Shown here piece after piece: positions 55,419-63,615 of a stretch of 64,000 bases of DNA. Within the stretch, counting starts at the first letter, position 1. Each line of letters begins with the position of its first letter. A model generated the notes under the pieces. That model made no database searches and had not been told where the DNA came from. It was given only the letters and a program-made list of their open reading frames with translations. Position numbers and translations under genes: made by a program. The DNA is from an uncultured Bacteroides sp. (GTDB lineage Bacteria; Bacteroidota; Bacteroidia; Bacteroidales; SM23-62). The stretch lies in assembly GCA_964627835.1 (NCBI GenBank), contig CAZVLG010000174.1, positions 1,455 through 65,454 of the forward strand, read 5' to 3'.

Positions 55419-56183
55419 TTACCGGACTTTTTTCATGTTCTGCTGGGAAAAGAATCCGTCCGGAATGGGTTTATTGAACAGGATATCATCCATCACAACC
55501 ACCGTTTTGTGGCCTTCTTCTTCTTCCGGTATCAGCTCGAATTTGGATGGGATCAATCTTCCGTCCATGGTTTTAATATCATAGGCCAGTTCTGTCTTGA
55601 TCAGGTAATCATCTTCATCGTAATATTCGCTTTTCATCTGCAGGTACTCTTTTTTCGATATCCATTTCAGGATCCGGCCCCAGACAACGGCGGCTTCTTC
55701 ATGAGGGATGAGCTGGATTTTATAACAGTCCCATCCATCAATCTCTTCCTCGCCGATGATCTCATGGGTATAATCAACCACGATGGAAGATTCCTTTAAT
55801 AAATCGTCATTCGTGAAATCCGAACCCATCCATCCCTGGGACATCATGGAAGGGGGCAGCTTGATGAGGCGGTTGATGGTGGGATTCCAGTTCCACATTT
55901 CATTCTGCCGTTTCAGGAATGTCTGGCCTTTCTCACGGGGCGGGGCCGTTATGAGCGCCAGGGTATAGTCCCTGCCTTTTGTCCAGTTCCTAAATGTTAT
56001 GATGCGTTCCCAGGTTGGCCGGACAATGGTCATGGTCATGGTACTCTGGCTGGTCTCTTCTCCCTGCATTTTTTCGTCCGCTTTCTTAATGATTTCGCGT
56101 GCATCCTGGGCATTTGCCGTTAATCCGGCAGCCAGCAGGCTGAGGACAATGATGTGACTGATTGTATTCATTTGGATCTGCAT
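55419..56183 (-). CDS. LolA-fold periplasmic protein (outer membrane lipoprotein-sorting protein family)
   Basis: Signal peptide. Pattern TMTIVRPTWERIITFRNWTKGRDYTLALITAPPREKGQTFLK...IDGWDCYKIQLIP resembles LolA-like (PF17131-type) proteins. The ATG at 56183 shares a base with the tetR stop (TAATG); the track start at 56189 is a TTG. Confidence 0.62.
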   Translation of the reverse strand: MQIQMNTISHIIVLSLLAAGLTANAQDAREIIKKADEKMQGEETSQSTMTMTIVRPTWERIITFRNWTKGRDYTLALITAPPREKGQTFLKRQNEMWNWNPTINRLIKLPPSMMSQGWMGSDFTNDDLLKESSIVVDYTHEIIGEEEIDGWDCYKIQLIPHEEAAVVWGRILKWISKKEYLQMKSEYYDEDDYLIKTELAYDIKTMDGRLIPSKFELIPEEEEGHKTVVVMDDILFNKPIPDGFFSQQNMKKVR

Positions 56184-56764
56184 TAGCAATACATTTTTAA
56201 GAGTTTGTTCTTTACTTTTTCAAGAGGGAAATTTTCGGGATTGACCATAAACTGAAACCCGATCCCGTCAAGCAGGGCGCCGAAAAATATCGCATCCGTA
56301 TTTGGATCTTCCGACCCGGTTGAAGCAAAATAGGCGGAAAGCATCTTCAGGTAGGTGTTCACCATGACCAGGAGCCTTTTCTCAACCAGCTTGAGCACCC
56401 TGGGCTGGAAGAACAGGTTGAAATACAATCTCCAGTACTGGGATTCTGTCTTCAGCGCCCGGAACATACCTTCCAGAAAGAACCTCATTTCCTCCTTGGT
56501 AAGGACCCCGTCCCTGTTTGGATCAATGAATTTTGTCAGGCTATCGATCCCGTTATAGATAATGGTCTTTATCAGATCTTCCTTGCTGTCGAAATAATTA
56601 TAAAGCAATCCCTTCGAAATGCCTGCGCGTTCAGCAATTTTACTGATGGATGTTGAATAGAAACCCTCCGTGGAAAACAACTCCAGGGCTGTGTCCATGA
56701 TCTCCTTTTTGCGGGATTCACGGATCTCTCCAAATTGTTGTTCTGTTCTTGGCGACATAATCAA
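56183..56764 (-). CDS. TetR/AcrR family transcriptional regulator
   Basis: 193 aa. N-terminal HTH FYSTSISKIAERAGISKGLLYNYFDSKEDL. Confidence 0.9.
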   Translation of the reverse strand: MIMSPRTEQQFGEIRESRKKEIMDTALELFSTEGFYSTSISKIAERAGISKGLLYNYFDSKEDLIKTIIYNGIDSLTKFIDPNRDGVLTKEEMRFFLEGMFRALKTESQYWRLYFNLFFQPRVLKLVEKRLLVMVNTYLKMLSAYFASTGSEDPNTDAIFFGALLDGIGFQFMVNPENFPLEKVKNKLLKMYC

Positions 56765-56771
56765 CTATTTT

Positions 56772-56791
56772 TCGATTAAACGTTCAGTCAA
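56772..56791. promoter_or_regulatory. operator-like site 1, TCGATTAAACGTTCAGTCAA
   Basis: 17 of 20 identical to the reverse complement of site 2. Lies 8 nt upstream of the tetR start codon. Confidence 0.45.
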
Positions 56792-56827
56792 TATATAAAT
56801 AATTTTTAAACTGCCCGGAGACAGTTT

Positions 56828-56847
56828 TTGACTGAACGTTTGGTCAA
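56828..56847. promoter_or_regulatory. operator-like palindrome, site 2, TTGACTGAACGTTTGGTCAA
   Basis: TTGAC-N10-GTCAA dyad with 8 of 10 half-site positions symmetric. Overlaps the candidate -7 box of the operon. Confidence 0.5.
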
Positions 56848-56852
56848 AGATA
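56845..56852 (-). promoter_or_regulatory. candidate -7 promoter box TATCTTTG for the tetR-led operon
   Basis: Minus-strand TATCTTTG, 81 nt upstream of the tetR start at 56764. Overlaps operator-like site 2 by 3 nt. Confidence 0.4.
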
Positions 56853-57010
56853 ATACACGGAATTCCATTTGTCAAGTTTATTTGACTTTTTTTTTGCTTA
56901 ATTTTATAAGGCTTTTCATATTTTGCTGATATTCAGTTAAAAGCGGAGCGTCATAATTCTTACAGTAACTTTTTATTAAATAGAACGTCGTATAAAGTAC
57001 AAAACAGGGA

Positions 57011-57496
57011 ATGACTGTAGAGGAATATAATCATTGCGTGGAGGCACATTCAGACGGATTGTACCGCTTTATTCTGAAGAACATCAGGGACCCGGAAAAA
57101 GCGGAAGATATTGTGCAGGACAGTTATGAAAAATTATGGAGGAAGGTGAAGGAAGTACGGTATGAAAAATCAAAATCATACCTTTTTTCCACGGCTTACC
57201 ATACCATGGTCGATGTTATACGAAAAGACAGAAGGATGGAGGATTTTGCCAGGGGGAAGAAAGAAAGCATTGCTCATGACCGGCAGTACAGCGATCTGCA
57301 GGAGATACTGCACGCAGCGCTTGAACGCTTGCCGCAGACCCAGCGGACGGTTATCCTGTTGAGGGATTATGAGGGATATACCTATGCTGAAATAGGTGAA
57401 ATAACCGGCTTGAGTGAATCACAGGTCAAGGTCTATATCTACCGGGGCAGGATCTTTCTGAAGCAATACATCGGGAGCCTGCAGGCAGTAATTTAA
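57011..57496 (+). CDS. ECF-type RNA polymerase sigma-70 factor
   Basis: 161 aa. Region 2 (AEDIVQDSYEKLW). Region 4 HTH (YTYAEIGEITGLSESQVKVYIYRGR). Confidence 0.9.
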   Translation: MTVEEYNHCVEAHSDGLYRFILKNIRDPEKAEDIVQDSYEKLWRKVKEVRYEKSKSYLFSTAYHTMVDVIRKDRRMEDFARGKKESIAHDRQYSDLQEILHAALERLPQTQRTVILLRDYEGYTYAEIGEITGLSESQVKVYIYRGRIFLKQYIGSLQAVI

Positions 57497-57502
57497 AAGG
57501 AA

Positions 57503-58651
57503 ATGAAGATCGGCAGACATAATTATGAATCATGGTTCCTGGATTACCTGGACGGCAAGCTGGATGCCGGGCAGGAAGAAACCCTGCTATCCTTCCTGGA
57601 TTTCAATCCGGATCTCAGGGAGGAGTTTGAGGGACTTGAAAGAATACGTCTTGAGGGGAAAAATTTGACATATGACCTCAAGGCAACGCTGCGAAAACCG
57701 CTTGCCCAGCCTGACCGACAGGACATGTTGGATCATTTTGAAGATTACTGCATCTCAAGCATCGAACAACAATTAAGTCCCCAGGAAGAAACAATGCTGC
57801 AGGGGATACTGGAAGATGAGCCCGCTAAACGCAATATTTACAGGCTCTACCGGTCCACCATTATAAAGGCCGAGGAAGGCATTCAATACCCCGGGAAATC
57901 CAGGCTGAAGAAAAGGTATATTGACATTCCGCGGGTAAGGCTGGCGGTATCTTCAATTGCTGCGGCGGTTCTGCTGGGACTTGCCATAACCTTGTTGTTC
58001 AGAAAACCGGCCGAACCAAACCTGATCACCCATGCACCCGACCCATCGTCCGTTTTGGAAGAACCAGAGTCCCTCGAGAAGGGCGTGACAGAAAAGACCC
58101 TGGAGAACCCTGTTATAGGGGAAGCCCATCCCGATATTATCGAGGATAAAGAAGGAATGGAAAGAACAGCCCGTGGGAAAGCAGAAACTGAGCCCGATCC
58201 GATTCCGCAAAAAGGGGATTTGAAAGATTTCGTCACAGGTGTTCAGGATGAAATACAAAGCCCTGTCCCGGGTCCGACTTTAACAGGGAGGGAAATCCTT
58301 ATCCTGGCCAGGCTTGAATCCATTGAAGCCGGACCGCTGGAAAATCCCGGCAGGATGAACAATCTCAGCCTGTCCCATCGACAGGGGTTTTCAGATTTCG
58401 ATGATTATCTCCCGCTGGATGAATATGTCATGGAGCGAATCAACAGGAGAAGAAGCACCAATGCAGGGGAAAGGAAAATATCATTCTGGAAACTGGCCGA
58501 TGCAGGGATCCAGGAGATCAATGAAGCAAGCCAGGAGGAATATTCCCTGGAAAGGGAAACGGATGATTACGGACATGTCCGCAGGCTTACTTTTGAAAGC
58601 CCGTTCTTCGGAATTTCCACTCCTACGAGAAATTCTGACCTGCCCCGGTAA
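57503..58651 (+). CDS. putative anti-sigma factor (single-pass membrane protein)
   Basis: 382 aa, starting 6 nt after the sigma gene. N-terminal ~90-aa cytoplasmic segment, one TM helix (LAVSSIAAAVLLGLAITLLF), then a Pro/Glu-rich extracytoplasmic part. The role is inferred from position only. Confidence 0.5.
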   Translation: MKIGRHNYESWFLDYLDGKLDAGQEETLLSFLDFNPDLREEFEGLERIRLEGKNLTYDLKATLRKPLAQPDRQDMLDHFEDYCISSIEQQLSPQEETMLQGILEDEPAKRNIYRLYRSTIIKAEEGIQYPGKSRLKKRYIDIPRVRLAVSSIAAAVLLGLAITLLFRKPAEPNLITHAPDPSSVLEEPESLEKGVTEKTLENPVIGEAHPDIIEDKEGMERTARGKAETEPDPIPQKGDLKDFVTGVQDEIQSPVPGPTLTGREILILARLESIEAGPLENPGRMNNLSLSHRQGFSDFDDYLPLDEYVMERINRRRSTNAGERKISFWKLADAGIQEINEASQEEYSLERETDDYGHVRRLTFESPFFGISTPTRNSDLPR

Positions 58652-58714
58652 CTTTTGACCCACCTTCGCCGTCTTATTTCAAAAACCAGAAATTGTTTTA
58701 CTAATACTATCAAC

Positions 58715-59653
58715 ATGAGAAAAGTTATAATACTGATACTGGGACTTTCCTTTGCCCTGATCCTGCAGGCACAGGAAGCAGAGGATACCACCCGGGTTGG
58801 AATCGGCAAGAAGAATATCGTAACGGTAACCGAAGACGATAAGGGGACCAATGTCAATGTCAAGGAAGATTTTGTAATCGTTGATGATATGGATGATACG
58901 ATCAAGGTAAAACTCGGCAATAAAGCCATCAGCATAGTCGAGGATGGGGACAGGACGCATGTGGAGATCATTGAAGAGAAGGATTTCTCCAGACATGGAT
59001 GGAAGAAAAAGCCGTATCGCTTCAAGGGTCATTGGGCCGGGTTTGAGTTGGGACTGAATAACTGGGTGGACAAAGGGGGCCATCTTGCCGGAACAGAATC
59101 CGAGCACCTTTTTCTAGATCTGAACACAGGCGAATCATGGGAGCATGATCTGAACATCATGCAATTTAACCTTCCCTTTGGAAAACCGCTGGGCCTGGTA
59201 ACCGGAATGGGATTTAAATGGAATAATTACTGGTTCAACGGGAACAACAGCATTATGAAGGACCCCGTAACAAGCGAAATTGTACCACGCTATCCGCCGG
59301 CCGGGGTCTCCTATGCCAAGACCAAACTGAATACATCTTACCTGACCGTGCCCCTGATCTTTGAGGTTCAATTTGGTCCCAAGAAAAAAGGTTTCATCGG
59401 CGTGGGGGTCATCGGGGACTTGAAACTCTGTTCAAATACAAAACTGAAGTATTACGATGGAGGTTCCAGGCAACGGGAAAAGACAAAAAGTGATTTCAAC
59501 ATCTCCCCGTTCAGGTACCACCTGACGGCAAGAGCCGGTTACAGTTTTGTGAAGATCTTCGCCAACTACAGCATGGTGCCGATGTTCAAGCATAATATGG
59601 GACCCGAACTGTACCCCGTAACCATTGGCCTTACCCTCATCAGCTTCAGATAG
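58715..59653 (+). CDS. outer-membrane beta-barrel (porin-family) protein
   Basis: Signal peptide MRKVIILILGLSFALILQAQ from the ATG at 58715. The C-terminal half has alternating beta-strand patterns and ends ...IGLTLISFR. Confidence 0.62.
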   Translation: MRKVIILILGLSFALILQAQEAEDTTRVGIGKKNIVTVTEDDKGTNVNVKEDFVIVDDMDDTIKVKLGNKAISIVEDGDRTHVEIIEEKDFSRHGWKKKPYRFKGHWAGFELGLNNWVDKGGHLAGTESEHLFLDLNTGESWEHDLNIMQFNLPFGKPLGLVTGMGFKWNNYWFNGNNSIMKDPVTSEIVPRYPPAGVSYAKTKLNTSYLTVPLIFEVQFGPKKKGFIGVGVIGDLKLCSNTKLKYYDGGSRQREKTKSDFNISPFRYHLTARAGYSFVKIFANYSMVPMFKHNMGPELYPVTIGLTLISFR

Positions 59654-59724
59654 GATTGCCCGGGAATACCGGCCAGAAGACAGTCATTCCCTGATCCCGC
59701 CGGCCGGATGTTCCCGGGAAAAGG

Positions 59725-59754
59725 AAAGGGACCCGCATCAGGGATCCCTTTTTT
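59725..59754 (+). terminator. rho-independent terminator downstream of the beta-barrel gene
   Basis: AAAGGGACCC-GCATCA-GGGATCCCTTT hairpin followed by a T-run (TTTTTT). It is preceded by a second imperfect long hairpin (arms 59659..59674 and 59702..59718). Confidence 0.6.
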
Positions 59755-59775
59755 CATATGGACCGATATCCAAAA

Positions 59776-60127
59776 CATGGCAGGGCTGAGTTTACCGGGG
59801 GAATACTATATTTGGCGTAAATATTTCCCATGCCTTCACATTCATTATCAGATCGGGAGCAATGATATTGGGAAATTGAAAGCCATTATAGCAAAAGAAA
59901 GGCTTTCAGCCCTGAACCCGGATATAGACTTTGAGGTTTATAACCTGCGCATCACCCCTGAAAACATACTTCGCGTGATCGGGAATTATGACCTGGTCTT
60001 TGATGCTACTGATAATTTTTCGACCCGGTACCTCATCAATGATGCCTGTATTCCAGCGCATTTAATAAACCAGTGCTGTCTTTTCATAGACTCCATGAGC
60101 AACATCCGGATTCCAAGCATCTGTTAA
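59776..60127 (+). pseudogene. decayed ThiF/MoeB/HesA-family (E1-like adenylyltransferase) remnant
   Basis: The translated segment HYQIGSNDIGKLKAIIAKERLSALNPDIDFEVYNLRITPENILRVIGNYDLVFDATDNFSTRYLINDACI aligns by eye with the central part of MoeB/ThiF (RQ...VGxPKVESAxxxLxxxNPxI...DLVLDCTDNxxxRxxLNxxC). The N-terminal GxGxxG Rossmann part is missing. The track ORF start at 59708 runs through the upstream terminator. After NDACI, homology seems to continue only in another frame (NKPVLSF). Confidence 0.55.
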
Positions 60128-60159
60128 GATCTTTCTGCACAGGGCTTCAATGGTTTTAC

Positions 60160-60167
60160 TAATTTTG
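60160..60167 (+). promoter_or_regulatory. candidate -7 promoter box TAATTTTG for pepE
   Basis: Exact TAnnTTTG match 16 nt upstream of the ATG at 60183. Confidence 0.4.
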
Positions 60168-60182
60168 ACGGAAAATATCCAG

Positions 60183-60887
60183 ATGAAACTATTACTAATC
60201 AGCAACAGCACCAATGCGGGTGAGGCCTATCTGGAACATCCTCTGAAGCAGATTAAAGCTTTCCTCGGACCCGATCCTGTGAATGCTCTGTTTATTCCGT
60301 ATGCAGGGGTGACTGTTTCATTCGATGAATATACCGAAAAGGTGCAGGGCCGATTCAGGGAGATAGGCCATGACATCACATCGGTTCATCACGCTGCCAG
60401 TGCCCCGGAAGCAGTGGAAAATGCCCCGGCAATTGTTGTCGGGGGCGGCAACACCTGGCATTTGATTAAATCGATGCAGGACAGAGGATTGATCGAAGCG
60501 ATTCGGCGCAAAGTCCTTCAGGGTACCCCATATATCGGATGGAGTGCAGGCAGCAACGTGGCATGTGCCAGTATCCGGACCACCAATGACATGCCCATTG
60601 TGGAACCGGACAGCTTCACTGCCATGAACCTGATACCTTTCCAGATCAATCCCCACTACCTGGATGCAAACCCGGAAGGTCATGCAGGGGAAACCCGTGA
60701 AATGCGGATCGAGGAATTCATTGAAGTCAATCCCGGTATGTTTGTTGTGGGATTGCGGGAGGGAACCATGTTCAGGATTGAAGATGGTTCGATTGCCTTG
60801 ATCGGGCCCAGGCCTGCCCGGATCTTTAAAAAGGATTCCGAGCCCTTTGAACTTGAACCCGGAGCCGATTGTTCGTTTCTTTTATAG
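60183..60887 (+). CDS. pepE: dipeptidase E (peptidase S51)
   Basis: MKLLLISNST...AYLEH, VVGGGNT, YIGWSAGSNVACASIRTTNDMPIVEP, FQINPHY and EGHAGETRE track E. coli PepE almost motif for motif. The ATG at 60183 is preferred to the track start at 60150. Confidence 0.93.
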   Translation: MKLLLISNSTNAGEAYLEHPLKQIKAFLGPDPVNALFIPYAGVTVSFDEYTEKVQGRFREIGHDITSVHHAASAPEAVENAPAIVVGGGNTWHLIKSMQDRGLIEAIRRKVLQGTPYIGWSAGSNVACASIRTTNDMPIVEPDSFTAMNLIPFQINPHYLDANPEGHAGETREMRIEEFIEVNPGMFVVGLREGTMFRIEDGSIALIGPRPARIFKKDSEPFELEPGADCSFLL

Positions 60888-60918
60888 GTGGCCGTTCTGA
60901 TCGTTTAGCATTTCCCCG

Positions 60919-63609
60919 ATGCGGATATTCAGGAAAATAATCGTCGTTGCGCTAATCCTTGGCGGGGTACTGCTGGTGGCCGCTTCCATCCTGGGAAGGA
61001 TATTCGAAGATGAACTGACCCAGTATGTTGTAGGCGGACTGAACCGTCATATACGAACAGAAGTGAAAGTGGAGGATGTCAAGCTTTCCTTTATTAAAGG
61101 ATTCCCCGATGCCACGCTTGAATTTCAGAATGTTTTCATTGCCTCCGTACCGGATTTCCAGCGGGCTGTTTTCGCTGAACAAAACACCGATACCCTGCTC
61201 GTGGCAGCAAATCTTTTCCTTCGGTTTAATGTCTTGAAGCTGCTTAAGCACCAGTACCTGGTAAAGGAAGTAAAGGTGCGTTCCGGCAAATTGAACCTTT
61301 ATATTGACAGGGCCGGAAATGGAAATTATTTGTTCTGGGGCAAAAGGGAAGGAGGTCCTGAGAAAGATTTCCTTCTTGCACTGGATAATGTGAAACTGGA
61401 CGACGTGTATCTGAACTATGATAACCGTGCACTGGAGATCAATGTTGAGGGACTGGTACAAAAAAGTTATTTCAGGGGCCGGCTTTCCATGGATTCCTAC
61501 CGGATGTCTGCAGGGTTTGAGGGCATCATCCGGCAATATCGGAATAAGGGAGCGGTTTTGCTGAAGGAGCAGGAGATCTTTTCAGAGGCTACCTTGTTCA
61601 TTGATCCTCAATCTATTGAGATCTCCGGTGGAGACCTTATTCTGGCCGGCCAGCACCTGCTGGTCTCGGGGAAGATACTGAGGCCCCGTCCCCTGGAACT
61701 TGACATCAGCCTGGAAGGAAAACAACTCGACCTGGAATACCTTATTAAGCATATTGTATCCATCACGGATAAATACCCGGAGGATCTCAGGGCGGGGGGA
61801 AAGCTCAGTTTCAGGGGACAGGTAAGGGGAATTGTAAGCAATACTAAAATGCCGGGGATTGAAGCTGATTTTTCACTTCAGGATGGCTGGCTGAATACCT
61901 CCCTGCTGAAGGAAGACATTCGCGAACTCAAAACCAGGGGGAGCTATTCAAACGGAACCGGGAGAGGTCCCCAGACCACAAGGATCCAGTTGAACGGGCT
62001 ATCGCTTAGATTTGGCAACTCCCGTTTGGGAGGGGATTACTCGGTACAAAATCTCCTTAGCCCTGACTTCAACTATAAGATTAAGGCAGACCTGGATCTT
62101 CAAGACATACAGAATATTATGTCAGCAGATTCCCTTTTTGAAAGCATGCAGGGAAGGGTTCAGGCAGAAGTACAGATGAAAGGGGACCAGGCTTTACTTG
62201 AGAATTTCAATAAAACCGATCTTCTAAATTACGATTATCAGGCGACGATCCGTCTTGAGGGACTTAACCTGCAATGGAAAAAGGTTCCCTTGCGATTTAA
62301 AAACTTCAGCGGTGATGCAGTTTTCACGGATCACCTGAACGTAAAGAACCTGAATGGTTTAATCGAGGAAAGCCAGGTTAGCCTGAACGGCAGGGTGGAT
62401 AATTTTCTGGAATATCTTCTCACCCCTGACGGCAATCTCTGGATGGATGTGAACCTTTATTCGGAACGGATGGATCTGAATTATTTAAGATCGATCAATT
62501 CAGGGGGAAATGAAAGAATAGATAATGACACCCTTTTCCTTCCGGAAAGGCTATACCTGAAAACAAGGTTCTGGTTCGATGAACTTGAAATAAAGGATTT
62601 TAAAGCTGAACAGGTAACCGGTGACCTGGTCTACCAGCCCGGGAGGCTGAACGTTACCCACCTTGAACTGCTGTCGATGGATGGAAGGGTTGAATCAGAA
62701 GGCATTTTTGAACAACAGAAAGATATGGGCTTTCTGGTGAAAAGCCTTTCCCGGGTCTATTCGGCAGACATTACAAAAGCTTTCTCTTCCTTTAATAATT
62801 TCGGACAGAATTTCATTGTAGACCGGCACATTAAAGGCTCGCTTAGCGGCACGGTTAATTTTTCCACAGGCCTGAATGAACGGATGAAAATCAAGAAAGA
62901 AACCATACTTGCGGATTGCGATATCGTTATTCAGAACGGGCAGCTTTCGGGTTTTGAACCCATGATGAAACTATCCAGGTTCATCGATGTCGCCGAGCTT
63001 GAAAATATACAATTTTCAACCCTGACCAATGAGGTATTTATCCGGAACGAAGAGGTCGTGATCCCCAAAATGGACATTCATTCATCTGCTTTTGACATTA
63101 CCGCCTCGGGCATTCATGGGTTTGATAAAAATTTCACCTATAAGGTTAAGGTATCCCTGTCCGAACTGCTGGCAAAGAAGTCCGCCAGTTCTGCCGGCCA
63201 GGATTCAGAATTTGGCATCATTGAGGATGATGGACTGGGTCGTGTATATCTTTATCTGATCATTGAGGGCACACCGGAAAGGACAGATGTCCGCTATGAC
63301 CGGCGGGGCGCAATACAGAACATACGTGAACAGCTCACGGAAGAGAAACTGGAATTAAGGGAAATCCTGAAGGAGGAATTAGGGCTGTTTAAAAAGGATT
63401 CTTCCATTACTGGTAAAGGCAGGGAACCGGAACCCCCGGAATTTATCATTGAATGGGATGAGAATGCAGACAGTATCAAAAAAGAGGATATCAAAAAAGA
63501 CAATATTTCCGGGGAAGAACGGTTTATCATTGAGTGGGACGAAGATGAAAACGACCAGGCCACCCAGGTGCCGGAGAAAAAGAAAAAACGAAAGAAAAAG
63601 AAAGAATAG
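60919..63609 (+). CDS. AsmA-like / TamB-like large envelope protein
   Basis: 896 aa. One N-terminal TM anchor (IIVVALILGGVLLVAASILG), then a long beta-rich body with repetitive L-x-G-x-l-x-l segments, and a charged C-terminal tail. The family call is from overall architecture. Confidence 0.6.
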   Translation: MRIFRKIIVVALILGGVLLVAASILGRIFEDELTQYVVGGLNRHIRTEVKVEDVKLSFIKGFPDATLEFQNVFIASVPDFQRAVFAEQNTDTLLVAANLFLRFNVLKLLKHQYLVKEVKVRSGKLNLYIDRAGNGNYLFWGKREGGPEKDFLLALDNVKLDDVYLNYDNRALEINVEGLVQKSYFRGRLSMDSYRMSAGFEGIIRQYRNKGAVLLKEQEIFSEATLFIDPQSIEISGGDLILAGQHLLVSGKILRPRPLELDISLEGKQLDLEYLIKHIVSITDKYPEDLRAGGKLSFRGQVRGIVSNTKMPGIEADFSLQDGWLNTSLLKEDIRELKTRGSYSNGTGRGPQTTRIQLNGLSLRFGNSRLGGDYSVQNLLSPDFNYKIKADLDLQDIQNIMSADSLFESMQGRVQAEVQMKGDQALLENFNKTDLLNYDYQATIRLEGLNLQWKKVPLRFKNFSGDAVFTDHLNVKNLNGLIEESQVSLNGRVDNFLEYLLTPDGNLWMDVNLYSERMDLNYLRSINSGGNERIDNDTLFLPERLYLKTRFWFDELEIKDFKAEQVTGDLVYQPGRLNVTHLELLSMDGRVESEGIFEQQKDMGFLVKSLSRVYSADITKAFSSFNNFGQNFIVDRHIKGSLSGTVNFSTGLNERMKIKKETILADCDIVIQNGQLSGFEPMMKLSRFIDVAELENIQFSTLTNEVFIRNEEVVIPKMDIHSSAFDITASGIHGFDKNFTYKVKVSLSELLAKKSASSAGQDSEFGIIEDDGLGRVYLYLIIEGTPERTDVRYDRRGAIQNIREQLTEEKLELREILKEELGLFKKDSSITGKGREPEPPEFIIEWDENADSIKKEDIKKDNISGEERFIIEWDEDENDQATQVPEKKKKRKKKKE

Positions 63610-63615
63610 TCAGCC

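Noticed and set aside
59708-60127. 139-aa track ORF taken at face value as an intact small ThiF-like gene
   Set aside because: Its first ~20 codons run through the terminator hairpin and T-run of the upstream gene. It lacks the nucleotide-binding N-terminus and the whole C-terminal half of the family. It is called a pseudogene remnant instead.
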